Positions 49,727-60,785 of a DNA stretch of 64,000 bases are shown here, in pieces (positions within the stretch are counted from its first letter, which is position 1; each line of letters opens with the position of its first letter). The translations under genes were made by a program, and so were the position numbers. This DNA comes from Klebsormidium nitens. Lineage: Eukaryota; Plantae; Klebsormidiophyceae. Where the stretch lies: assembly GCA_000708835.1 (NCBI GenBank), contig DF237322.1, positions 1-64,000 on the forward strand. The letters run 5' to 3'. The notes below the pieces were generated by a model that did not search any database, was not told the origin of the DNA, and worked only from the letters and a program-made list of their open reading frames with translations.

Positions 49727-50227
49727 TGGCAACTCCCTTGTCTCACATTAAGGCCCAAGGGTACGTACCGTCACTTTGAAATGCGCATGCACCCCCTTAG
49801 GTATTCTGTTGAGAGGCCCGGGGGCTTGGTTTGCTCCCGCCACTCAAAGGTGGGGAGGGAGGGGGGGCTTGAGGTATGTTTTGGCTTGGGGCGAAGCCCC
49901 AGCCGAATTTCAACTGAAAGACATGCTTTTCATGCTGATTTATCATCTTTTAGACCACGGGTCCGAGATTCTAGACCATGAATGCAACAAAGAAGCACTT
50001 TTCAACGTTAAAAAGGGGCGAATCTATGCATACGACAGTGCTTTCGTCCAAAAGGTTTGCCCGGGTGGTGGCTATGTGGACCCGGGCCTTGACCTTATCT
50101 GTGAAGACAAGGCCGGGAGGGGGGGGGGCTTGAGGCCTTCCAGGCTCATGTGCCGGCCTCTAAAATACCTAACCGGGGTGCGGTAATTGACAAAGAGTGA
50201 CTTGTCCTTGTCTCGAGGGAGTTGCCA
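49727..50227. mobile_element. 501-bp degenerate inverted-repeat element upstream of C3HDZ
   Basis: TGGCAACTCCCT (49727-49738) and AGGGAGTTGCCA (50216-50227), plus subterminal mirrored blocks GTCACT, GCACCCC..TTAGGTATT..AGAGGCC. No clear TSD. Confidence 0.6.
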
Positions 50228-52390
50228 CAATCGAATCCCCAGGATCGATCAGCCAGACTTTATAATGAAATACGGTACCGGCGTATTGCCCCGGTCGGAC
50301 GGACCCGCTAGACCCGATCTCCATCCGACACTCCCGAAAGCTGACCAACGAGTCACGGCGACTCACGACTCAGCTCACGTCCCAAGAGCAAACCAAGCGA
50401 ACCGGTTCTGCAGCAAAACTCTGTCACTTTCATGGTTTTACACGGTCCCATCGGCCGGGACAGACTCATGCTGTGCTCGGCGCTCGCAGCTCGACGACTG
50501 TAGCCGCTGGCCGGTAGTCGGATACCTACCGTGTATTGTACCTATGTACAACAAACCGGACCAGGCAACGCCGTTCACACCAAACGATACAGAGTTTAGA
50601 AGGCTCGCATAAGACAAGGAAGTTGCCGTCCGCCCAAGTGAATGAGGATCAAATCGGTACCGGTACCTTCGTAACCATTGGGTGCGATTCGGGTTTGGCC
50701 AGTACAGGGACTGGTACAATATTACTGACTACGGTACCTTGCAAGTTGCGGCCAACTGATAAAGATATTAGTACTGGTACGTTCAAAAGTTCCGAGAGTT
50801 TGCATTCCTCGGAATCCACATTACAAGTCCTTGTGGCCATCCATTGCCAGTTTTTGCAAGACTTTGAACGGGTAAAATTAAGTTGAGAGGAATAGTAGAA
50901 GTCATACCATTCAACATCTACCAGCTCGTCGTGCCATCTACCGGTACAGCGCGCTTGACGGTCGTTCCAATTCCAGATCGGTCAGTCAAAAGTTCCGAGT
51001 CAGTTTACGCGTATACCGCCGCCCGGCCGCGCGTGCCACCTCGGCTACCGCCCCGCCCGGCCCTCACTTACAAAGGGCGGAGAACGGAGAGGCAACTAGA
51101 TTGGCAGCACACTGTGCTGCACTCGGCATGCCATTTGATCGATTTACCATGTACATTTTGCGCCGAGCGGGTTGAGACCGTCGGATCTTAATCTACAGAT
51201 TTAGGTTCCTGATGATCAGGCTTGCAAACTTGACACAATGTAGGCAGGAGCGTTCCGAGGCGACGGTTGTACCCCCTGGAGCGGACTAAAATCGCAGTCG
51301 ACGGCCTGCGACTTTCAATCTCACGTGCGAACCCCCATCGGAGGGCCTGCGACCGTCGGCCGACCTACATGAACCGCATAATACGACAAACACTTATGAA
51401 TACACTGTATCGGTTTCTAGCGTCAGGTACGAGACACTACCCACAAACCCTGCCCGATGCATACACCGACTTTGCTATAGCACTGCGAACCTCCTGGAAA
51501 AAAGGTCGTCCAGATTCTTCTCGCATAAGAGAATCGACGGATTTCTAAGGGTAACAAGGCGGACGAACAAGCGAGGGTCCCTGTGACGCGGTCGCCAAGA
51601 AATTTGCGACGTCGTACTGCGGCATTGGACGACACCATTCCGGAGGCTTTCGCCATTTTCAATAACGCGTACGCTCGCGCGCATCCGGGGCGCACACTAG
51701 ACAGCAAGAAAATGGCATGCCAAAAAAGTGGCCGGCCTAGCTGCAGGCCGGCCGAGGCATTGCAGAGTTGGGGACGAGAGGACTCAGAGGAGGTTTATGT
51801 CCAATCGGGAATCACATGTCAGCTCTTGCGCTGTTGTAGTAATCTCGTTCGCGCATCTGCACGCAATTGCAGGCTCGTGCTATCCAATGCATCGATCTAC
51901 CGCATCGGGCTGCCCATTTGATCATAGCACTTCAGGTGCAAGGCCTCTTGCGCTGTCAGGATCTGTCGATTGTGGAGATTCGTTCATGATCGCAACATCA
52001 GGACCTATACCTATATCACTGAGGAGTTCCTATTCTGTTGCAAGACCAAGTCTCGATCGGAATGGTTCCCCGCCACTCACTCGCCAAAAGCATCACCAAA
52101 AACATTTGTAAGACATAGCCGTTCCAGCACCTTAAGCCTGACATTTTCAATGCTTGATTATGGAGAATCAAGTACAACCTCGACACAGAGCAGCAGGAAC
52201 TGGTTTGGGAGTTCAACTGTACGTGAAAAGCAGTTGCTCTCCGCTTAGCCCTGTGCTCCTATGAACTTTGATATTGCGTATTCTTGCATACAGCTAGACC
52301 ACTAGTCAGTCATCCTACGGCTAGCACTGCTTCCGCATGAACGCAGAGCTAACAGGGAGTATCGACTGGCATGAAGAACCTGCGGGATGC

Positions 52391-55300
52391 TCATAGCATC
52401 GTCTGCAGGTCCGCATCTTGCTTGGCGAGTTCTAGAAGCATGGGGTCGTCGAAGAACTTGTTGATGCTGACGTCCTCGCTCATGCCCTTCCTCCTCCTGG
52501 TCTTGACCATGAATTCGCGCGCCAGCGCGTTGGCGGGGGCCGGCTCCAGCGGCCGCAGAACGATGGACTTGTCGAGGGGGTCGCCGGGGACGACCTGCCA
52601 ATGGTCAAACACGGAGAGGCAGAAAGCCTGCCCCTGCGTGTGGTACCGCAGGTCTGTCTCGAAACCGAAGGACTCGATCACGGGAAGGAGCGCCTGCAGG
52701 TGGGACAACAAAGGGGGCTCAGACGAGGCAAGAGCCTTGCAAAGGAGGGCACCCGCAAAGAGCAGCAACGGCCGCTCGGAAACGCCCAAAAGATGACACC
52801 AGGAGCCATCGATATAGCGATCGCTCGTTGCTTGCAGACAGAATCTGACTGACCTGAACGACGTAGAAGGGCGTGCCTGGCTTGGGCACGTCCTTGGTGA
52901 CGTGGCCACGGCGGCGCAGCAGGACCGTGTAGATAGCCTGCATGCAGTCGGCGGGCGTCTGGATCTCGCAATAGTACACCGGCTCCATGAGGCGCGGCGT
53001 GGCCAGCAGGAACGCGCTGTACGCCACGCGCCGGGCCGTGGGGATCACCTGCCCGCCGCCACGGTGCAGCGGCTCGGGGGCGATGGTGGCGTCAATGATC
53101 TTGAACTTGACGTTGCGGATTGGCTCATCGCACAGGGGGCCCTCCCGCGTCCCCCACTGAAACCTGCGCACAAGCAGGGGCGGGGTCGGATCACAGATGG
53201 CAAACTCTCACGCAGGGAGGCTGGGGGACCGGCTGCCGAGAGGTTGAAGTCTTCTGATAGTTGCAACTACGGATGACGCTGCGTTAAGATGTATCAAGTC
53301 CAGCCCTGCAATGAATTGCTGAGGGCTCGACGCATGCAAAAGGGGACGCGCAGTGGACGTGCCCGGATTGCCAGCGCTCACCCTTGAACGATGGAGTCCT
53401 TGACGGCGGAGAGGAGGCCCTTGTCGACCTCGGACGCGAGCGTGTCGTCCAGCAGGATGTTGGGCCCCTGGCGGTCCGGCCCGAAGGCCCACACGGCGCG
53501 CGCGGCCAGCAGGTCCCAGTCGTACTTCTTCTGGAAAAACTCGCCCACCTTGCGCTTGGGCCAGTCGAGCGACACGGCGCCGGCCTCGATGTCGTCCGCG
53601 AGGCCCGCCTCGAGCGGCTCCGCGATCATGGTCAGCTTGTTGCGCTTGTTGGGCGTCTCCGCAAAGCACTTGAGGCTAGACGTCTCCACCGCGGTCTCGC
53701 AGAAGGCGACGCCCGGGTCGGCGACCTTGACCTCCACCTCGCTGTACAGCTCGCGCAGGTCCTTGAGCATGCTGTCCAGCGCGAGCTCGCCCGTGCCGCA
53801 CACCGTGTGCTCGCCGCTCTCCTCCACGCGCGTCACGGCCAGCGGGTAGCTCTTGCTGATCTTGCGCAGCGCCTCCACCATCTTGGGCAGCTCGCTCGGG
53901 TTCAGCGGCTCCACCGCCGTCTTGACCACGCTCACCGTGTTGAACGCCAACGGCGCGAAAATGTACACGTCCTCGTCCACGCCCGCCGCGCACAGCGTGG
54001 CTGCGCCGCGGATGCTCGCGTCCACGCCTTCGATCAGCACCCACTGCCCCGCCCGCACCGAGCCCACGGCCACGCGGTACCTGCCACGCAGCACGCGACA
54101 GGGGCCGCTCAACAGGAGAACGAGCAACAGTCGGAAAATACAGGACCCGCAGAGGAAATTACTGTCATGAGCGTCTGACAAAATCTGCACTCCTGTGTAA
54201 CATTGGGATAGCTCCAGCTCGCTTGACCCAGGTGATAAGAGACGGACCCATGGTTTAACAGCAAGAAGACGAGCAGTGGCTGTCCTCGCACGGAGGATGC
54301 ATATGGACGTCAAGAAGCGGCCACGCAAGACATGGCCCCTTCGTGCTGTCCAGGGACAAAAGCAGAAACCCGTTGCAAGCGGGCAATCGCACCTGGCCTG
54401 GTAGATCCAGAGCTTGGTGACGTCCTTGGTGGTCATGTCCTCCTCGTCTTCGGGCGTGTACCCCTCCCCCAGCACGCGCACCGCCGCGCCCGTCTGCAGC
54501 GTGCCGCTCATCACGCGCCCAAACGCGTCGAACGACGACGTGTCCGCCTTGGGGTACTGCTTCGTCACGGCCACCATCAGCGGGCCCCCTGCATCGCACG
54601 CGCGCATCGCCTCTGCCAGCGCGCTCGTTTGCGGCCCCGTGTACGTGTGCGCTACCTGCATGCACCGACCACCCAACCCTGCATCAGTGGGCGGGCTACA
54701 CGGCTGCAAACACAAGGACCCGTACTACCAGCGTGCCGCACCGGAGCGCCAGAAAGGGCTCCTTCTGTACCGGCTGCTGCCAAACCGGGTGTCGGGGGTT
54801 CAGCGGCCAGAATGCAAATGGAAGAGAGGGGAAAGGGCACGGGGCAAAGAGGGCGGTGGCTGACCTTGGTTGCGGCGCCATCCTTGGGGGACGGGATGTG
54901 GCGCACAAGCATGTCGGCGAACCCGTGAGCGGAGCCAAAGACGGCGCTGCACGCCAGCTTCAGCAGCGGCTTCACGTTCAGCTTGTACGCTGCACACGGA
55001 GGGGGGGGGAAGCACTCAGGCGACACGGCAGGCAGGCAGCAACGCAGGGTAGAAGAAGTAGAGGCATTACTATGGCGAGGTCTTGTCCTATTCTTGTGCA
55101 CTTAATCCTGGGTCCCGTTCCCGCATCTTGAGTCTGGAATGTCATGATCTTGGATCTGACTTTTGGAATATGAACCAAAAAGGACGTTTACCAAAGTGGC
55201 GTCCTGAAGCTACTTAGTACCTCCCCGCTATCCTGCTCGGTAAACCTTGGGGGCACTTTACCGACTTTTCCGGGTTCACTTTCCACGTAGGAACAATTCT

Positions 55301-58300
55301 AACGGCCAGGGTAGATTATGATTGGCATTGGATCAAGAAACGGACGATGCAGACCTGCAGAAAGTGCGTCCTCACTCAATGAAAACTTGCAAAAAGTGGG
55401 ACGCGGTATACGTGGCACGAGATTGGGGTCCGCGGGCTGCCGTGCGGAGGAGTGCGGCTCACCAGAAGGCTTGAGGGTGACGCCGAGCTGTGCCAGGGTG
55501 GCCTCCACGGCCTTGCGGTGCTCCCCGATGATCTGGCTGTACAGCTTGTACAGCGGCTCCAGGATGAACTGCACGAACGAGCGCTCCCCACCGCCCTCTG
55601 GCGGGCGCCGCTTGAATGCTGCAACACACAGGGGCAGCGTTAGAGCACCAAAAACGTACGTATAGCAAACACACTGCCACAAACCAATCCCCAGATAGCA
55701 GGCTCCCTTGCTCCCGTCCAGAAAGCCCGCAAACCTCGTTGCCTACATGACCTGTGGCACCTTCCAAAGGTGACGAATGGTTTCTGAGGGCACACATGCT
55801 GCTTGCCCACAGATGCTGCACGGCAAAGGCTGCGACTCACAGCGCGTGGTGGGGTGGTAGTAGACGTCGCCCCACAGCTTGCTGGCAAATGCGTTCGTGT
55901 CCATGTCCACCCCGTGCAGTTCTGAATAAAGCGCCGCAAACGACTGCAGGCACCACAAGAGACACCAGGATGTCACGTGAGTGACACAGGCCGCCCTCAA
56001 AGGAACTGAGACGACTGCAACCGGTCATCTGCAGCATGGAACGATTTCAATACAATAGAACGTCAGGCACGCCAGGACAAGGTGTGCCCTCCTCCAGTGG
56101 CTGACCTGCCCTCCTGCGCTGCCCGCCTCACCTGCAGCGTGAAGGACCACCCCGCATTGGCTGCCGCAAACACGACGTTCCCTGCTGCGGGGTCCAGCTC
56201 GGGGGTGTCATCAGCGGTGCCGTAGGTGCGCAACAGCGCGTTGACCTCCTCCAGGGTGTGCCGCAGCTTGTGGTACGCGTCCGCGGGGGGCAGCTTCAGC
56301 TCCGTGATCAAGCGGTCCACCTTGTTGATCACCAGCACCACCGGCACCCGCTCCGCCAGCGCGTGCCGCACCGCGCGCTGCGTGTTCAACTGCACGCCGC
56401 AACCACGGGGTCATACGCCGCCCACGCTTTGCTGCAAAAAGACGTAGCAGGCGAAAGAGCGGAAGAAGCTACCGTAACACGTTGTGCAAAAACTTTCCAC
56501 TGCAGAGAAAAGCCTGGCGCTCTGCAACCTGCCTCCTTCCACAACCCACGGCATCTCCAAAGGGGTAGAGAGGCCCTGGCAGCGTGAGTGGGTGGGTGCG
56601 TGCTGACCATGACTCCCTCGACAGCATCCACGACGAGCACGGCCCCATCAGCAAGGCGCAGCGCAGCCGTCATCTCGTCGGAGAAGTTGACGTGGCCGGG
56701 CGTGTCCATGGCGTTGACGAGGTAGCTCTTGCGCGCGCTCGTCTCCAGCACCAGCGACATGGGCACCGCCTTGAGGCTGATCCCGCGCTCCTGCTCGTCC
56801 ACGCGCGTGTCTGTGTACCGCAGCGGGGCCTCAAAGTTCCTGCACAAGGGCCGCCGACGTCAGCGCAGGGACACTCGGGCACTGGATGATTGGAAGAGTG
56901 TCCCATTATCAGCACTTGCTTATGGTAGTCGTAAACCTCATGACTGATGGGAAGCCCTGCGGTGCCACTCTCTCTTCCATAGCCGTTTGACTTGAAATCT
57001 AGCTATTGCCAGAAAGAAATTTGCAAGAAAGTTGGAGAACCAAATGTACAGATCTGTTGTAAGTCTTCTCAACAAATCAGTCTTGACGCAACTACCAGAG
57101 CATAAACCGGAGAAAGAACAGTTCTTAACAGGTTATAGCGCAACTACTCCAGTGCAAAGGGGAGAACAACAGGCACGGCTGCGACAGAGTGCCGGAGGCA
57201 GCTGTGGCGGCCATGGGAGTGTCACCTATCGGTGTGGTGGATCTGGTGCGTCTGCTCCACCAGCATGTCCATCAGCGACGTCTTGCCATGGTGCAGGTGC
57301 CCCACGAGCGCCACGTTGCGGATCAGCGCGGGGTTGCCCGCCAGGCCCACCAGGAACCTGCACACGCAACCACCACCGCGCCATCGCTCAAAACACCGCC
57401 TCGCACATGGGCGTAGTTTCCGCCAATTTACAGAGAATTCAGGGGGAACATCCAACGCATGGATCATAGGCATCAGAGGCTGCCTGCCGCGCGTGCATGA
57501 GGGTGGTGCACGGCTCACTCGGTGGAGACGAGCGTGGGCGGCGCCTCGCGGTGCTTGACCTCCAGCTTGACCTCGCGCACCGGCTTGACGATGGGCACCT
57601 CCAGCGGCTGCGCGTCCTCCTCCATCACCAGCGTCTCCGTCTCCGGACCATACACCTGCAAACGAGCACGCGCCAGCATGGGGCCAGTCAGACCACAACC
57701 AACGGCCGGGAGAAGGTAACGCGCAGCAATATACAAGAAATTTGGCTCCGCTTGGCAAAATCGGTCTCCTAAGGCCCCTGACACTAGACGCGGTGCAGCA
57801 AACCTCAGGAGCGTCGTACCTCAATTGCGGTGGGGTAGTACTTCTTGTCCTCTGCTAAAACTACGGCGCCCTCCATATCGACTTCGTCATCTGCAACAAG
57901 CAAAGGAAAGGCAACATCAGAGGAAAGGCGACCCGATTACGGATTGGCGCAGGCACCAGCAAGCCCTGCAACGGATACAACGGGCACAGTTCTGCAGGAA
58001 GCAGGTACAGGTCTACTGAAAGTGCAGTTGCACATTGCCACCACTTCAAGGATAATGTATGGCGGACAAGAATTAAAAACCACGTTCAAGCAACCAGCCC
58101 TGATGGGTCAGGAACGTGAAGACATATAAATACACCAGGAATGCCATAGCAACTCCGAAAGGCAAGCACGGCGATGAACAAGCCTACTTCATCAAGAGCG
58201 CTTGACGGAACTAGGTGCACTTAGACATGCACCATTACCAAAAATAAGAGTGGAACCTGTCAGGCGCTGTTGCACTCGCCGGGATTGGTGCAGGGCGCAT

Positions 58301-58501
58301 GGCGTGCATACCTTGGACCCTGTCACGGGCCCCGGCCTCTGCCTCGTCCATCCAGGCGTCCTCATCGTCCTCCACCACGCCATCGCGACCGCCCCGCCCA
58401 TCCTGGGTCTCCTCATCCAGCTCTACCTGGTCCTCCTCATCATCCGACTCGATCTCCGGACCAATGTAGTTCCCGAATTCATCATACAAGGAATCGTCCA
58501 T
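52391..58501 (-). CDS. EFTUD2: 116-kDa U5 snRNP GTPase (Snu114/EFTUD2; plant CLOTHO/GFA1)
   Basis: [16 protein letters not shown]; [14 protein letters not shown]; [14 protein letters not shown]; [20 protein letters not shown]; [18 protein letters not shown]; [22 protein letters not shown]; [15 protein letters not shown]; C-terminus [23 protein letters not shown]. Confidence 0.98.
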
Positions 58502-58639
58502 GCCAGCCAGCCAACAAGAACACAAAATACGTGATCAAAGAAGTATTGAGCAGCAACCTTCGAGAAACTACACCCTCCTATCTTGTCCTGCAACTTGCAC
58601 GAGGCAGAGGTTGGCCACCTTTCGATTCGTCTCAATGTT

Positions 58640-58684
58640 GCCAATGGCGCCAATGCCAATGCCAAAGCCAGCGCCAGTGCCAAT
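58640..58684. repeat. Degenerate hexamer array (GCCAAT/GCCAAA/GCCAGY) containing four CCAAT boxes, 5' of EFTUD2
   Basis: GCCAATGGCGCCAATGCCAATGCCAAAGCCAGCGCCAGTGCCAAT, about 140-180 bp upstream of the EFTUD2 ATG. Confidence 0.55.
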
Positions 58685-58933
58685 GGGCAAAGTCAACTGT
58701 CTATTCTGGGCAGGAGAGTGTGTCGACTTTCTGGACATACCCGTGGGCAATTTGCAAAACTACCGTAGGAATCAGGATGAAGAACCCTCAAGAGTCCTTG
58801 ACAATTTCAAAGTGTGGCGAGTCGCGACAGTGTCAGTGTCAGAAGTTGGTTCAGGATAGCCAATGAGAGGGCTCAAAATTTGATCACATGGGTTCCACGT
58901 CGACCAGCCAGATGCACTGCACACTGCTCACAA

Positions 58934-60449
58934 TGTGGGGACCCCGATTACGGGGCAAAAAGTTTCGCCGCGCCGTCCAGCCAAAATTTGACTTGCGGAC
59001 GTGCCAAGGACCAGCTGCGGACGGTCCACGTGGATAGCACTGTTGACGTCATGCCAGCTTCGGAGTGGCGTTCCGTACGGTACGAAATCTGATACCCCTT
59101 GAACTTTAAACCGCCGATCGAAATGTCCGGTCACATCGCACGGTTCAAATCAGCTAAATAAAATCGGGGCGGCCGCGCGGCGGCCGCGCTACTCAGCTCG
59201 CCGCGCACCCCGCACTAGCCTACGTACTATTGGTACTATGCCTATACTACTTTGGGCATAGAGGCATAGACTGAGTCATACTTGTATCATCGAAGGTGCA
59301 AACGCTCAAAACCTCAATATTCTGAATATTATATATTCAAGGCTTCGCTTCCCTGCATCGTTTGAAAGAATCGACTTCCACCATGCACTGACCGGGCACT
59401 GACCATTTGACCATGGTCACACAATGGTAAGTGTTACTACCGACCATGTTCGAATTCTCGAATGCCTTACTATCTTTGAATCTTAGTGCCATTTAATGGT
59501 AGTTTTGCTACCATGAAATGATTCGACGGAAATGGGACCAAAGCCCTCTCACAAATTCCAAGTGACTGGCAAGACCCGGAATTCGTCGGCCAGACTGAGA
59601 GGTTGGTCTGGCACTATTTCTACGAGACTGCAGTATTGAAGCATTCAAACAACTTGTCAAGGGTTGTTACTAATCAGACTAATGCGGACTTGGAACATGT
59701 GAGAGTGGAGTTCCATGCACTTGGGTGGACAAGTCACAGTGGCTTGGTGCTAATTACCTGGGGGGCTCTGGGGCTAACTGGCACTGATCAACCTAGGCGA
59801 TTTTGCCACGATTCTCTGATTTCCTTTCGGCATTTTGATTGCCAAAATGTATAAGCTGCCACTCGAACACATAGCCAGCCACACGGATCCAAACGTAGGT
59901 CCTATGCGGTTTGTCCAAAGCTTCTATGTGGCTTGTGAGGCGTCAAATGCTAAAAAGTGTCATTTTCGGGCCCAAATGGTGAAATTCCACAGCCAAAACG
60001 TCTTCAAATAAGGCGCTGAAAGTTTGTGTGGGTCCGGGCCATCGTAGGGACTCATTTTGGTTGCATCGTTTACAGGGTCATGCCCAACGTCAAGCGTTGG
60101 CGGTCAAAATTTAGGGTTTTGACGTCTTCAAAGACGCACCCACAAAGCACACGCTCTAGCAGTCATTTAGTTCGGGTTTCGACCAAACGATGCGACCAGA
60201 AACCAAGTTAAGGCCCAAACGAGGGCAGCCCCGAAGAAATCCCAGTCAAATCTCAAAAATGGGCTGTGGAAATGGGGTTCAAAAACAGCAGATATGGGCT
60301 TATAGACACGCCGGAAGTCTCACTCGACCGACTCGCACGCGCGACTCGGGCAAATCCGTACGGCGTACGTCAGCAGCCAAAATTCCCGAACTTCTTGGAA
60401 AATGCCATTCGGACGCCGAAAAACTTAGCCCATAATCGGGGTCCCCACA
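58934..60449. mobile_element. 1.5-kb non-autonomous DNA transposon with TGT...ACA termini, 17-bp perfect TIRs and a 3-bp CAA duplication
   Basis: CAA (58931-58933) | TGTGGGGACCCCGATTA ... TAATCGGGGTCCCCACA | CAA (60450-60452). Similarity continues imperfectly (GGG..AAGTTT.CG). No transposase ORF recognised inside. Confidence 0.8.
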
Positions 60450-60785
60450 CAATGCACATGACTGTTGACAGGGCAAGCGTGCAAGCCTGATGCCAGTGAT
60501 GGAAGGAAGCGTCAGGCTCTGCCGCTGCGCTGCGCCTGCACCACCATGCCAAAAATTGCTCAAGGAACACATGCGCGTTCAACCGCCAGTTCTCACCTGA
60601 TTCTCCCTGCCAATGTATGACCATCCTAAATCAATATCTACAGAATTTAGCTTCCTGAGATCGTTGAACACACAAGGCAGGCCTGCCTGGGCATCTCTGC
60701 TGACGACAAGCAAGTGGTGCACGCGGGGGCAATGGGCGCTGCCAGCAGCATGTGGAGGCCTTGTGTTTTGAGGGTTTGATGCTGG

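Noticed and set aside
54081-54392. 312-nt in-frame stop-free intron in EFTUD2, which creates the 445-aa ORF 53378-54715
   Set aside because: About one such intron is expected by chance among the roughly 90 in this window. Retention would disrupt a conserved domain, and the inserted peptide has no features.
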